Of a stretch of DNA of 64,000 bases, positions 19,614-30,074 are shown in pieces (positions within the stretch are counted from its first letter, which is position 1; each line of letters begins with the position of its first letter). Source of the DNA: Candidatus Melainabacteria bacterium 17Bon1m (GTDB lineage Bacteria > Cyanobacteriota > Vampirovibrionia > Obscuribacterales > Obscuribacteraceae). A program made the position numbers and the translations under genes. The notes beneath the pieces are model-generated. The model worked only from the letters and a program-made list of their open reading frames with translations, was not told where the DNA came from and did no database searches. The stretch lies in assembly GCA_032128875.1 (NCBI GenBank), contig JAVLKG010000003.1, positions 417,008 through 481,007 on the forward strand, given 5' to 3'.

Positions 19614-19688
19614 TGGTCGGGACGAGAGGAATTGAACCTCCGGCCTCACCCACCCCAAAGGTGCGCGCTACCCCTGCGCCACGTCCCG
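19614..19688 (-). tRNA. tRNA-Pro (anticodon GGG)
   Basis: Cloverleaf CGGGACG-TG-GCGC/AGGGGTA/GCGC-G-CACCT/TTGGGGT/GGGTG-AGGCC-GGAGG/TTCAATT/CCTCT-CGTCCCG-ACCA, with encoded CCA. Confidence 0.96.
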
Positions 19689-19751
19689 CAACGCATCTGA
19701 ACGCAATTATACTATGATGATTACTTGTTTCCGGAGTCATAACTAAACAAG

Positions 19752-22082
19752 GTGCAATTTAGCCCAACCGATCTCTTCGCTTTTCAGCTCGACGATTTCC
19801 AGCTCGAGGCAATCAAGCACCTTGAGGAAGGCAAGAGTGTAGTTGTCTGTGCTCCAACAGGCGCCGGAAAGACCGTCATTGCCGAGTACGCAATTGAGCA
19901 AGCGCTGAGCATGAACAAGCGCTGCTACTACACGACACCTCTAAAAGCACTTTCCAACCAGAAGTTCCATGACTTCCGAGCCAAGTATGGCGATGACAAG
20001 GTCGGCTTGTTAACGGGCGACATCTCCATAAATCGTGATGGACGAGTCGTTGTTATGACGACTGAAGTTTTTCGCAACATGTTGTACGGCACCATTCTTG
20101 GTGACAAGAGAAAAAACTTGCAAGATGTTTCGTCCGTCGTTTTGGACGAATGCCACTATATGAATGACCCAGAACGTGGCACGGTTTGGGAAGAATCTAT
20201 CATCTACGCTCCCAAAGATATTCAGCTCGTGGCTCTTTCCGCAACTGTTGCGAATGCTGACGAATTGACCACATGGATAGACGAAACTCATGGACCTACT
20301 GCGCTGGTTCTATCGAGTTTTCGCCCCGTGCCACTGCGTTTTTATTATTTTGGCGATCGGCGCATCTATCCTCTTCTGAGCCCCGGCAAAGTGGTTAACA
20401 CGTTGCTGAAAAACAGATTTGGTGCAAAGAAGCAGATGCATCGTGATCGCAAGCATCGCTCGATTCCTGCATTGGGAGCGCACCCCGGTGATGTTCTTGG
20501 GCAACTCTCTGCCCGTAACATGTTGCCTGCAATTTACTTTTTATTTTCCAGGCGCGGCTGCGAAGATGCAATGAAAAAGGCGCGCGGCATTCCTCTGCTT
20601 TCTAAAGAAGAACAAGCAGAGCTCAAGATTGCCGTCGACAAATTTGTCATTGAATACCCCAACCTAAGAAATCACCCGCACCTTCCATATCTGTTCGAAG
20701 GTATGTCGGTTCACCACGCCGGGATGTTGCCCAGTTGGAAGGCGATGGTAGAAAAGCTCTTCATTCGTGGATTGCTGAAGGTTGTCTTCGCCACCGAAAC
20801 ACTCGCTGCTGGAATAAATATGCCGGCACGTACGACTGTTATCAGCTCGATTTCTAAACGTGCAGACGAGGGGCATCGTCAGTTGCGCGCTTCCGAGTTT
20901 CTCCAGATGTCCGGTCGCGCTGGGCGACGGGGAATGGACGAAGTCGGCAATGTTGTCGTTCTGCACCATCCATTCGAGAGTGTCGAAGATGGCGCTAAGT
21001 TGGCGACGGCAGAAGCTGATCCGCTTTCCAGTCGTTTTACTCCATCTTATGGAATGGTCTTGAACCTGCTCGAGCGTCATACGCTTGATGAGGCGCGTGA
21101 TTTAATCGAACGCAGTTTTGGACAGTTTCTCATCAACCATCAGTTAGAACCCTTGTACGAACAAAAGATGGGCTGGGAGAAAGAACTCGAGCGCATGAAA
21201 GATCCGCTCTGCCCGGATGTAATCGGCGATTTGCCTCTTTACGCAAAGCGCTTGGAAGCAATCCGTGCGAAGCACAAACAACTTAAAAGTATGGAACGCG
21301 GTCTTAAGCAGGGCAAAGGTCAGGTTGATCCCTCCGCACAAGATGCTCTCAATCAAGTGCGCAACGATATTTCTGCATTGCTCGCAGAAGCTTATGCCAT
21401 GCCTTGTCACGGTTGTCCTGTGCAAAAACCTTGCAGCAAGCAGACTGAGCGCGAGCGTCAACTCGACCGCCGCATCAAAGAATTTGACAGAAGAATTCAG
21501 AGAGAAACTACAAAGTATTGGCGCACGTTTGTGGCGCTCACGGATATCTTGCGTTTGAAAGGTTATCTCGATGGAGACAAGCCAACGAAATATGGGCAAA
21601 TGGCGTCTTCCATCAGGGGAACGAACGAACTCTTCCTTTGCGAAGTTGCGATAAATGGATTGCTCGATCATCTCAATCCGGCGCAATTCGCCGCGATGAT
21701 GACAGCCCTTGTGACTGAAGAAGGGCGCTTGCACGAACCTATTCGAACGCGCGTCAGTCCTGAAGCAGAGCTTGCCTTTGAAAAGATCGGCAAGCTAGGC
21801 AGAGAATTATTCAGAACACAAAGAGACTTCGATGTAGATATTCCGATTTCAATTGCTCCTACTTTTTCCGGTCTCACGGAAATGTGGGCGCAAGGCGCAA
21901 CCTGGGAGCAGATGCGATTGGCCACGTCGTACGATGAAGGCGATGTGGTGAGAGCTTTGAGGCGAACTGTAGATCTTTGTCGTCAATTCAATCGTGCACC
22001 AAACGTGCCGGAGAAATTTATGATGATGTGCATGCAGGCAGAGCGTCTGATTTCACGCGATGAAGTGAAAGAAGATTTTTAA
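19752..22082 (+). CDS. Ski2/HelY-like DEAD/DEAH-box RNA helicase (DSHCT C-terminus)
   Basis: APTGAGKT, DECH, LSAT, ATETLAAGINMPART, QMSGRAGRRG and EGDVVR. Confidence 0.93.
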   Translation: MQFSPTDLFAFQLDDFQLEAIKHLEEGKSVVVCAPTGAGKTVIAEYAIEQALSMNKRCYYTTPLKALSNQKFHDFRAKYGDDKVGLLTGDISINRDGRVVVMTTEVFRNMLYGTILGDKRKNLQDVSSVVLDECHYMNDPERGTVWEESIIYAPKDIQLVALSATVANADELTTWIDETHGPTALVLSSFRPVPLRFYYFGDRRIYPLLSPGKVVNTLLKNRFGAKKQMHRDRKHRSIPALGAHPGDVLGQLSARNMLPAIYFLFSRRGCEDAMKKARGIPLLSKEEQAELKIAVDKFVIEYPNLRNHPHLPYLFEGMSVHHAGMLPSWKAMVEKLFIRGLLKVVFATETLAAGINMPARTTVISSISKRADEGHRQLRASEFLQMSGRAGRRGMDEVGNVVVLHHPFESVEDGAKLATAEADPLSSRFTPSYGMVLNLLERHTLDEARDLIERSFGQFLINHQLEPLYEQKMGWEKELERMKDPLCPDVIGDLPLYAKRLEAIRAKHKQLKSMERGLKQGKGQVDPSAQDALNQVRNDISALLAEAYAMPCHGCPVQKPCSKQTERERQLDRRIKEFDRRIQRETTKYWRTFVALTDILRLKGYLDGDKPTKYGQMASSIRGTNELFLCEVAINGLLDHLNPAQFAAMMTALVTEEGRLHEPIRTRVSPEAELAFEKIGKLGRELFRTQRDFDVDIPISIAPTFSGLTEMWAQGATWEQMRLATSYDEGDVVRALRRTVDLCRQFNRAPNVPEKFMMMCMQAERLISRDEVKEDF

Positions 22083-23002
22083 TGGCAAGTCTTCGTACTC
22101 GATCCGTTTCTTTAGCCATTCTCCTTTGCCTTTCGATGCCACTCGCTGAGAGTAAGCACCGACGCGATGATCCTCATTTGGCGCGAATGAAGGAAATTCA
22201 CCGTGAGGTGAAGGAAGGAAGAGCACAAGCTGTTCTGTATGAATTGGAATCGATGACAAGGAATAATCCAAAGGATGTCGAGGCCTGGATTTTGCTGAGC
22301 AAGGTTTATACAGACCTTGATATGAGCAGCAGTGGCGGCAAGATGATCGGCAAAGCAATGGATGCTGCGAAAAGTGCTGTAGCTGCGGCGCCCACGAATA
22401 GCACGGCGTTGAAAACACTAGCGGAACTTCATGCCCAACGCGGCAACTTCAAGGAAGCGTTGACGTTGATTGACAGAGCTATAGCCTCACCCAATCAAGA
22501 TCCTTTCGTGTACAAATCGAAGGCGTTGATGCTCAGTGAGATCAAACGAGACAAAGAAGCAGTAGTAGCTTGGGATAAGTTTGCGAGCATTCATCCTGCC
22601 GCCAACACCAGTCCTAATCAGATGGACGACGGTGCTTTGATTTACGCTCGCGGTGGACTGACCGACAAAGCTTGCGCGTTGTACGACAAATTGAACGCGG
22701 TACAACCGAGCGAAAAGTGGATTTTGAAAAAGGCGGAAGCCTACGATATGGGCGGAAAGACGAAGGAGGCGATAGCTGTTTATACAGAGTTGATACGCCT
22801 CCATCCGAGTGACGAACTTGCGCTTATGGAGCGAGCAAAATTGAAATCGAAGCTCGGGAAACACAAAGAAGCGCTGGTGGATATGGACGCGGCGATTAAG
22901 GAGATGCCTACGTCGAAGATGTATTTGGAGCGCGCAGGCATTTACGAAAAGCTGGGCAACGCAAAAATGGCTCAGCGTGACAGAGAGAAGGCTCGCGAGT
23001 AA
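22082..23002 (+). CDS. Exported TPR-repeat protein
   Basis: Signal peptide followed by repeated TPR helical pairs. Confidence 0.8.
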   Translation: MASLRTRSVSLAILLCLSMPLAESKHRRDDPHLARMKEIHREVKEGRAQAVLYELESMTRNNPKDVEAWILLSKVYTDLDMSSSGGKMIGKAMDAAKSAVAAAPTNSTALKTLAELHAQRGNFKEALTLIDRAIASPNQDPFVYKSKALMLSEIKRDKEAVVAWDKFASIHPAANTSPNQMDDGALIYARGGLTDKACALYDKLNAVQPSEKWILKKAEAYDMGGKTKEAIAVYTELIRLHPSDELALMERAKLKSKLGKHKEALVDMDAAIKEMPTSKMYLERAGIYEKLGNAKMAQRDREKARE

Positions 23003-23063
23003 AAGTAGCGCACTCTGTGTTTATCGGATATCGGTCAGCAACACTACCACTCGTTGAAAACGG

Positions 23064-23846
23064 TTGAGAAATTCGCTAAAGTTTCTTTCTCGAAACTATG
23101 CGCCGACCGTGAGAAGGAGTGTAACCTTGAAGTGGAATCGTCAGACTGCAGCCTCATTTGTCTTGTCGTTTTCAGCTACCGCGGCCTTGGCTGCTGACGC
23201 CAATGCCGAATGGGCGCAGGCACAGCAGCTTTTCCAAAGTGGGGACTTCAATCGGGCTTTGCCAGCTCTACTTTCTCTCGATAAGACGTTTCCCAGCAAT
23301 GTCAAACTGCACTACATGATTGGCATGAGCTACAAAAATATCGGTAAACCTGCTCAAGCTGAGCGTGAATTGGGTTGGGTTTCCTCCTATGCGCAAGATG
23401 CAGCGCTTAAACAATCCGCTCTCACGGCGCTTTCGGAGTTGAAGTCGAATGCGGACTTGGCTCGTGCGAAAAAGAGCGAAGAAGAGAAGGCTGCAGCTGC
23501 GACGACAGCCGCAGCGGGCAAGAAATCATCAAATCCGTTGGAAATTTTTGCTGGTGGATTGCCGCCTTCCAAGGCTTTGGTCCACGACTCTGTCGGTGCA
23601 ACGGTTCAAGAAGCTTACAAAAAGGGTTGGAAGCCTTGCACAAATTCTCGTTGCCTCAATTATTCAAAACCAGGATGGCAGAAAATGAGTGTGGCAGGGC
23701 ATCCCGATACGGATATTTGGATGAGTTTCGGACGAATGGCTTTTAGTCAAAATCATATCGGCGACATTATTGATACGGCAGGCGGAGACGCACGCGATAC
23801 TGGTCCTTGCATGACTTGTTTGGGCACAGGCTGGGTCAAGAAGTAA
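23064..23846 (+). CDS. Exported protein: TPR domain plus C-terminal Cys motif domain (CTNSRC...CMTC); start uncertain
   Basis: Signal-like segment, HYMIGMSY TPR, and four C-terminal Cys. Confidence 0.65.
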   Translation: MRNSLKFLSRNYAPTVRRSVTLKWNRQTAASFVLSFSATAALAADANAEWAQAQQLFQSGDFNRALPALLSLDKTFPSNVKLHYMIGMSYKNIGKPAQAERELGWVSSYAQDAALKQSALTALSELKSNADLARAKKSEEEKAAAATTAAAGKKSSNPLEIFAGGLPPSKALVHDSVGATVQEAYKKGWKPCTNSRCLNYSKPGWQKMSVAGHPDTDIWMSFGRMAFSQNHIGDIIDTAGGDARDTGPCMTCLGTGWVKK

Positions 23847-23982
23847 GCGCTTCTGGTAGAAGTTGAGAAGCACCCTTGCGATGCAAGCTTTCCCGCTCTT
23901 TCGCCATTGCATGCCAACAGGATACAATTTCCAACCTGTTTGTGTCCGTTTGGACGGGCGTTTTGGGAATTGGTTCTGAGCG

Positions 23983-25221
23983 ATGACCTGGGTCGACAAG
24001 TTACGATCGAATCCGTGGATGGTGCTTTTCGTCTGTTCGTTCGGACTTTTTCAGGAAGAGTTCCTCTACGGGATGGTTTGCCCGCTGACGCCTGAAGCGC
24101 CTGCGCATATTTCTGATGAGCACGTCATCAGTACTTTGTATGGCGCCTACGCGCTTGGAATGTTCATCGCGACGCCGATTTTAGGGCTCGTTACTGACCG
24201 GCTCGGTCGTCGCAAACCCATGATTATTGGCGGTGTGCTTTTGGGCATCGCTGCGATTCTATTTGCAATCGGAACCAGTCGAGAAATGCTGTTCGTCGGA
24301 CGAGTCTTTCAAGGTGCCGGCGCCGCTTGCAGTTGGACTGCTGGTTTGGCTCTGGTGGCGAAATATTGTTCGAAGCACCGCGTGCGCGACATGGGCTATT
24401 GCATGTTGGGAGCGACCACAGGTTCGGTCGTGGGACCTTGGGTTGGCGGTGAGTTATTCGATAAGTTCGGCTATCTGGCGCCGTTTTACTTCGCCATTGG
24501 TCTGGTTGTAGTTGATTTGATTCTGCGAGTAGTTTTTACTCCTTCAACTACGAATCCAGATAAGCAGCCACCTTGGAGCGAAACGTTCAAAGAATTGGGC
24601 GGCATTGTCACGGACAAACGAGTATTGTCCGCAGCCTTTGCTGTGGCGCTGGCTGCGGCTAGTTGGGCGTTGATGGAACCACTTTTCCCGATGCATGCTA
24701 TACGAATTGCCAATGCTTCACCTGCAACCGTAGGTGGTATCATCACCGGATCGAATTTACTCTATGCATTTCTTGCTCCTGCCGTAAGTATTGTGTGTGA
24801 TCGCATAGGCGTGAGGACGACAACGGCTCTAGGTCTGGCGATGACCGCAGTGTTCTTGCCTTTGTTGGCGCTTACTCCAAATTTGTTCTTTGCCGGATCT
24901 GTTTTGTGGCTAATAACCATTTCTTACGCGTTTACCATAAATCCTACTTCTGCAGAACTCGGAGATGCTGTTGACCAGCGGGGCTCTACGTCATATTCCG
25001 TCGCCTATGCTGTATACAATCTTGCCTACGCCATAGGCATGATTAGCGTCGATTCTTACGTAGAGTTTGTCACTGACTCAGCGCATCACCTTCAGTTGTT
25101 GCATATTCTGCTTATCGTGAGCGGGTTATTTGTCATTTGCATTCCGCTGTTTCTCGTGAAACCGCAAGTGTCCGAAACAGCGCCGCCTGCGGAAGCAGAG
25201 ACACCCGCTTCAACGGGTTAG
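23983..25221 (+). CDS. MFS transporter (DHA1/SLC18 amine-transporter-like)
   Basis: About 12 TMs; motif A GLVTDRLGRRK; GRVFQG; motif C GSVVGPWVGG. Confidence 0.85.
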   Translation: MTWVDKLRSNPWMVLFVCSFGLFQEEFLYGMVCPLTPEAPAHISDEHVISTLYGAYALGMFIATPILGLVTDRLGRRKPMIIGGVLLGIAAILFAIGTSREMLFVGRVFQGAGAACSWTAGLALVAKYCSKHRVRDMGYCMLGATTGSVVGPWVGGELFDKFGYLAPFYFAIGLVVVDLILRVVFTPSTTNPDKQPPWSETFKELGGIVTDKRVLSAAFAVALAAASWALMEPLFPMHAIRIANASPATVGGIITGSNLLYAFLAPAVSIVCDRIGVRTTTALGLAMTAVFLPLLALTPNLFFAGSVLWLITISYAFTINPTSAELGDAVDQRGSTSYSVAYAVYNLAYAIGMISVDSYVEFVTDSAHHLQLLHILLIVSGLFVICIPLFLVKPQVSETAPPAEAETPASTG

Positions 25222-25332
25222 CTATGACCCTCCCCATAATCCGATCTAGTCAAGCAGTGCGAAATCGAGGAAACTTCGTCAGTTTTTAGTATGCTTTTTG
25301 CCGCTGGCAGACCAAGCCGTGGGGATACCGAT

Positions 25333-26805
25333 ATGTCGCGCTCTTTTCTTTCAGACCTAAGCCAGAGATTCGTTTCCAAAGAGGAGCGTTTTTCGCGCCG
25401 TGAGGTGTTGAAGGGCATGATGGCTGCGGCAGCAGGATTGATGCTTAGTAGTGCACTGCCGGGCACTACGTTTGCCAAAGACGGACGGCGTGTAATTGTC
25501 ATCGGTGCTGGCTTTTCCGGTCTAGCTGCAGCATTCGAGTTGTCGTGCGTCGGTTATGACATTGTGGTGCTGGAGGCGAGAGACCGCGTTGGTGGTCGTG
25601 TGCACACTCTCTACGATTTCGTTCAGGGGAAAACTGTAGAGGCCGGTGCGGAATTGATTGGCGCCAATCATCCGACCTGGCAAGCGTATGCCAAGCGTTT
25701 CAAACTGGAGATGTTGGAGCGCACAGATTATCCTGACAGTGCCAGACCTTGCTTCTTGAACGGTAAATTGCTCAGTCCAAAAGAAGCAGAGGCGTTGTGG
25801 CATGAGGTTGACGAACAACTCAACCTTTACAACGCGCTTGCTCAGAAGATCGATCCGATTCAACCCTGGAGAAGTCCAAACGCGCTTGCGCTCGATAACA
25901 AAACCGTCGATAGTTGGATTGATGATTTGAAGTGTTCTGAAGTTTGCAAGCGAGCGATCCGCCTGGCAGAACGCTCTGATGCAAATGATCCGGGATGGGA
26001 GAGTTTGCTCGGGCGTCTTTGCATAATCAAGGGCGGCGGACTGGAGAAGTACTGGACAGATACCGAAGTCTATCGCTGCAAAGGCGGCAATCAGCAATTA
26101 GCAGAGAAGCTTGCGGATGCGGTAGGTCGCAATAGGATTCGGTTGGAAACACCAGTCGTAGCTGTTGATATTTTGGACGACAAAGTAAAAGTCGAATTAG
26201 AGAATGGCGAAGTTCTCGAAGCTGATGATGTGATACTAAGTGTGCCACCAGGCACTTGGAAGAGAATTACATTTACTCCTCCATTCCCGCCACAGTTGTC
26301 GCCACAGATGTCGAACCAGGTGAAGTTTCTCTCTGAGGTCCGGAGCAGATTTTGGGAGCAAGACAACCTCTCACCAGACTCTTTGAGCGATGGACCTGTT
26401 GCGGAAACCTGGGATGCAACAGACAAACAAGCAGATGAAGGACACGCTTGTTTGACAGTTTTTGCTGGTGGAAATGCGGCCGACAAAGGAAGAGGTTGGA
26501 CGCACGATCAGCGCATGGCTCATTACGCTCTCGAGCTGGAGCGGATTTACCCACGCTACGGGCAGAATTTTATCAAGGGAATATTTGTTGATTGGCCCTC
26601 TGATCCCTGGTCTCAAGCTGGTTATTCTGCGCCTGCGCCAGGTCAAATTATTACGTTGGGACCGATTCTCTATGGTGGTCTTGGACGTTTGCATTTCGCT
26701 GGTGAGCATACCAGTTTTGCTTTCCAGGGCTACATGGAAGGTGGATTGCACTCAGGCGCTTCTGTCGCGAAGCGCCTAGCACAGCGCGATAAGGTGGTGT
26801 CATGA
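25333..26805 (+). CDS. Tat-exported flavin monoamine oxidase
   Basis: SRREVLK twin-arginine signal, GAGFSG, LEARDRVGGR, GAELI and HFAGEHT..GYMEGG. Confidence 0.9.
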   Translation: MSRSFLSDLSQRFVSKEERFSRREVLKGMMAAAAGLMLSSALPGTTFAKDGRRVIVIGAGFSGLAAAFELSCVGYDIVVLEARDRVGGRVHTLYDFVQGKTVEAGAELIGANHPTWQAYAKRFKLEMLERTDYPDSARPCFLNGKLLSPKEAEALWHEVDEQLNLYNALAQKIDPIQPWRSPNALALDNKTVDSWIDDLKCSEVCKRAIRLAERSDANDPGWESLLGRLCIIKGGGLEKYWTDTEVYRCKGGNQQLAEKLADAVGRNRIRLETPVVAVDILDDKVKVELENGEVLEADDVILSVPPGTWKRITFTPPFPPQLSPQMSNQVKFLSEVRSRFWEQDNLSPDSLSDGPVAETWDATDKQADEGHACLTVFAGGNAADKGRGWTHDQRMAHYALELERIYPRYGQNFIKGIFVDWPSDPWSQAGYSAPAPGQIITLGPILYGGLGRLHFAGEHTSFAFQGYMEGGLHSGASVAKRLAQRDKVVS

Positions 26806-27986
26806 GCAGTTATGTAACTGAACCTAGCGAGACAATGAAGTCGACTGGCAAGATTTGCTTTCGACTGTTGAATGCGTTGTCGGGCAGCAACGAGAATGTT
26901 TGCATATCGCCCTTGAGTATTAGCATTGCAATGCAATTGGCACTATCTGGTGCCGCCGGCAATACGCTTGATGAAATGCTGAAAGCGCTGGATATCCATT
27001 GTGCAGGGCGTGATGCACTCGCTAACGATTACTACAATTCAATGACTCAGCTTCTTGGTCAGCCGGTCCGTGGATTTGAGGGGCCTGGAGCGAGGATGGA
27101 GTTTACTGTTGCTAATTCTTTGTGGTCGCACGAATCTCTGGTGTTGCACCCTGGCTTCGTTGACTTTTTGCAGCGGTATTACGCTGCAGAAGCGTACACT
27201 ATGAATTTTGCGAACCCGCAAACAGTAAATGCGATCAATGCATGGGTTTCAGCAAAAACAAAGGGAAAGATTCCGTCTATCTTGGCTGACCTCCTGCCCG
27301 GACATGTTCTTGTTTTGATCAACTGTGCATACTTCAAAGCTCGCTGGGCCGCTCAGTTTAATAAGTCTGATACCATTCAAGACAACTTTTTCCTTTACGG
27401 CGAGAGCCCAGTAGAAGTTCCAATGATGCGTATGACTTCGACCCTCGCATACTACAAAGACCAGAATTGCGAAATTGCTGCACTGCCCTACACGGACAAA
27501 CGTTTTTGCATGTATGTGATTTTGCCTGCAAGAAACACATCGCTAAAGCATTTTGTGGCGAGCTTTAGCTTGGAGCAATACTGGAGAACGATTGCAGCGC
27601 TGGCAGACCATCATGGCGAGTTTTCGATGCCACGCTTCAAGTATCAATATGGGCAAGGTCTGCGGTCGCATCTCTCGCAGCTCGGCATACGAGAGGCATT
27701 CACGGAGCAGGCAAATTTCTGGAATATGTTGTCGCCCAACCAGGCGCAAATGCCCTTTCTCAAAATTGACGAGGTGATTCACAGGACTTTCATCGATGTA
27801 AATGAAGAAGGGACAGAAGCCGCTGCAGCCACAGCAGTAATGATGTACGGATCGGCAGCTAGAGCAACACCACCGCCGTTTCAGATGATCGTCGACCGGC
27901 CTTTTATGTTCGTCATCGCTGAGAAAAACTCTGATGCAATTCTATTTGCAGGCAGCGTTCAAGATCCGCGCCACCTCGGCAGGTAG
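26802..27986 (+). CDS. Serpin (serine protease inhibitor)
   Basis: NVCISPLSI, INAWVS.KTKGKI, NCAYFKARW, hinge VNEEGTEAAAAT and DRPFMFVI. Confidence 0.95.
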   Translation: MSSYVTEPSETMKSTGKICFRLLNALSGSNENVCISPLSISIAMQLALSGAAGNTLDEMLKALDIHCAGRDALANDYYNSMTQLLGQPVRGFEGPGARMEFTVANSLWSHESLVLHPGFVDFLQRYYAAEAYTMNFANPQTVNAINAWVSAKTKGKIPSILADLLPGHVLVLINCAYFKARWAAQFNKSDTIQDNFFLYGESPVEVPMMRMTSTLAYYKDQNCEIAALPYTDKRFCMYVILPARNTSLKHFVASFSLEQYWRTIAALADHHGEFSMPRFKYQYGQGLRSHLSQLGIREAFTEQANFWNMLSPNQAQMPFLKIDEVIHRTFIDVNEEGTEAAAATAVMMYGSAARATPPPFQMIVDRPFMFVIAEKNSDAILFAGSVQDPRHLGR

Positions 27987-27993
27987 ATGTTTA

Positions 27994-28018
27994 CTGCAGA
28001 AAGCTTAGCTTTCTGCAG
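27994..28018. terminator. Palindrome between convergent genes (possible terminator)
   Basis: ctgcagaaagc-tta-gctttctgcag; no clear U tract. Confidence 0.45.
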
Positions 28019-28040
28019 CAAGCGGCAACTTCGGGGGAAT

Positions 28041-29222
28041 TCAGGCAGCCGTTATTGTTGCCGAACGCTTTGCGCCCAGTGCTAACACAATGGGCAGCAT
28101 GAAAAATGGCGCCAATGCGCTAATTGCTAGACCCCAACTAAGCGATGAGTGGTCGGCAATCATGCCGACTGCCCATGGCATAAAAATTCCACCGGCATTG
28201 CCAAATGCGGCCAGTGCACCAAACATGGTGGCGCCGCCATTCGGGTACTTGTCTGCTGTTATCGCCAGCATGGTCGGCCATAAACAACTGCCGGTAAGTC
28301 CAGCAAGTACGCAAGCTCCCAGGGCAACCACCTTGATTGGGAAGAAAGAACCGAGTAGGAAGAGGACTACAGATATCCCGCATCCCCATGCCATGATAGT
28401 CACTGGATCGAGTCTTTCACTAAGTGCACCGATGCCCATTCGACCTATCGCCATGCAGATAGAGAAGAGAAATAGAGCAGTGCCACCAACCCATTGCGGA
28501 TATTTCAGCGCTAGTTCGGCATAGGCTGGGAGCCATTGTGCCATGCCAAGCTCCGTGGCGCCGCCTAAGAAAATAGCGATGAGTGCGCCGAAGAACCAGA
28601 GGTCTGTTGCAAGTTTTAGAAATGGAGTGCGCGCCGCCCCCTCCTCTGTCAATGACGGAAACTTTTGCGAACCCAGCGCAAATATGAGCAAAATCGGCAG
28701 CGGAATGAGAATGAGACATGCCGCGCGCCAAGAGATATTGCACTGTAAGGCGGCGGTTCCGGCAAGCACGGTTACGGTTGCACCGACACAGTAGAAAGAA
28801 TGCAGCCAATTCATTGAAGCAGAACGATTCTCTGGATTAATGGCAGAAACAACCGGACTCAATACCATGTCGAGTACGCCGGCGCCCACACCCATGATGA
28901 AGTTTGCAGCTAGAAGCACTGTGTAATTGGGCGACCAAGATGTTATCGCCAGACCTGTAGCCAAAAGTAAATTGCCTGCGATGGCAAATGATTTTGCACC
29001 GATTCTGTCTGCTAGTGGACCCGTTACCAAAATCGCTAACGTCAGTCCGATGAATGCGAGCGAGCCAATGCGACCAAGCTCTTCTTGAGTTAATCCAGTG
29101 CCACTTGCACCAGGAAATGAATGTTGTATTGACACAAGAAAGATCGGCAATAAGTTGATGCCGATTGCCAGGCTCATCATTGCGCCATAGCAGAGATACG
29201 TCAGTAACCGTGCCTGAGTCAT
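28041..29222 (-). CDS. MFS sugar transporter (FucP/TsgA-like)
   Basis: GPLADRIG, MNWLHSFYCVG, GATELGMAQWLP; about 12 TMs. Confidence 0.85.
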   Translation of the reverse strand: MTQARLLTYLCYGAMMSLAIGINLLPIFLVSIQHSFPGASGTGLTQEELGRIGSLAFIGLTLAILVTGPLADRIGAKSFAIAGNLLLATGLAITSWSPNYTVLLAANFIMGVGAGVLDMVLSPVVSAINPENRSASMNWLHSFYCVGATVTVLAGTAALQCNISWRAACLILIPLPILLIFALGSQKFPSLTEEGAARTPFLKLATDLWFFGALIAIFLGGATELGMAQWLPAYAELALKYPQWVGGTALFLFSICMAIGRMGIGALSERLDPVTIMAWGCGISVVLFLLGSFFPIKVVALGACVLAGLTGSCLWPTMLAITADKYPNGGATMFGALAAFGNAGGIFMPWAVGMIADHSSLSWGLAISALAPFFMLPIVLALGAKRSATITAA

Positions 29223-29259
29223 TTTGCTGACGATGGCGAATGCCAGACGTTGTGCGGTT

Positions 29260-29943
29260 TTAAGAACATGTCTTTTCTGCCACCGGGCAACCTTGAGCTA
29301 GCCACTCGCGAACATGATGCAGTGATTCGAAAACACCTTCTGCGATACTGCGCGATTCATCGGATGCTGGGAGTAAGTCCGGCACGAGGCACGAGCGCAT
29401 TCCGCCTGCGCGCGCCGCCAGCAGTCCGCTGTGAGCGTCTTCCAGAATCAAACAATTGTCGGCGGTGAGCTTCAGTTCGCTTTGTGCTTTCAGGAAAATA
29501 TCCGGATTTGGTTTTCCGCGCTCGACCATATCGCCGCCGATAACAACGACAAAGTAATCGAAAATTTCGTGGTGCTTTAGACGTTCGATTGCTTCCTTTT
29601 GAACGGTGGAGGTTCCAACCGCACAAGGAACATTGTTTTCCTTCGCCCAAACTAAAAGCTCTCGCACACCGGGTTTCAGAGGAAGGCCTTCTTTCTTGTG
29701 CAGCTCTTCATAAAGAAATGCGGCGCGGTCGTGAAACTTCGCCTTGTCGAAGCCGATACCAAATTCTTGCGCAAGGACGATTTCGGCATCAGCCACAGTA
29801 ATTCCGATCAGCTGCAGGTAGAGTTCGTCCGTCAGGTCAAACCCCATTTCTTTAGCTGCCTGTGTCCAAGACCGCTTGTAGTGCAGCTCGGTGTCTAGCA
29901 GCAAACCGTCCATATCAAAAATCAAAGCGTGAGGAGTGCGCAT
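29260..29943 (-). CDS. HAD-IA family phosphatase (beta-PGM/CbbY-like)
   Basis: FDMDGLLLDTE, KPNPDIF and LEDAHSG. Start at ATG 29943; the track's upstream extension is REP DNA. Confidence 0.9.
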   Translation of the reverse strand: MRTPHALIFDMDGLLLDTELHYKRSWTQAAKEMGFDLTDELYLQLIGITVADAEIVLAQEFGIGFDKAKFHDRAAFLYEELHKKEGLPLKPGVRELLVWAKENNVPCAVGTSTVQKEAIERLKHHEIFDYFVVVIGGDMVERGKPNPDIFLKAQSELKLTADNCLILEDAHSGLLAARAGGMRSCLVPDLLPASDESRSIAEGVFESLHHVREWLAQGCPVAEKTCS

Positions 29944-29956
29944 TTTCTTTCCTATT

Positions 29957-30028
29957 GTAGAGGCGACGCCATGCGTCGACCCGGTCTTAATTTTTTGTCT
30001 TGTAGGGGTGATGCCATGCATCGCCCGG
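29957..30028 (+). repeat. Two GTAG-REP palindromes
   Basis: gtagaggcgacgccatgcgtcgaccc at 29957 and gtaggggtgatgccatgcatcgccc at 30002. Confidence 0.85.
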
Positions 30029-30074
30029 GTTAAGAGTTACACCTTATTTCAAACAATCAAGCTGAGACAGAAAC

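Noticed and set aside
19614-19688. tRNA-Pro as an integration site for an island or prophage
   Set aside because: No integrase or phage genes, and no duplicated tRNA 3' end was seen.
29944-30021. N-terminal extension of the HAD ORF
   Set aside because: It is translated REP sequence; the HAD motif I follows ATG 29943.
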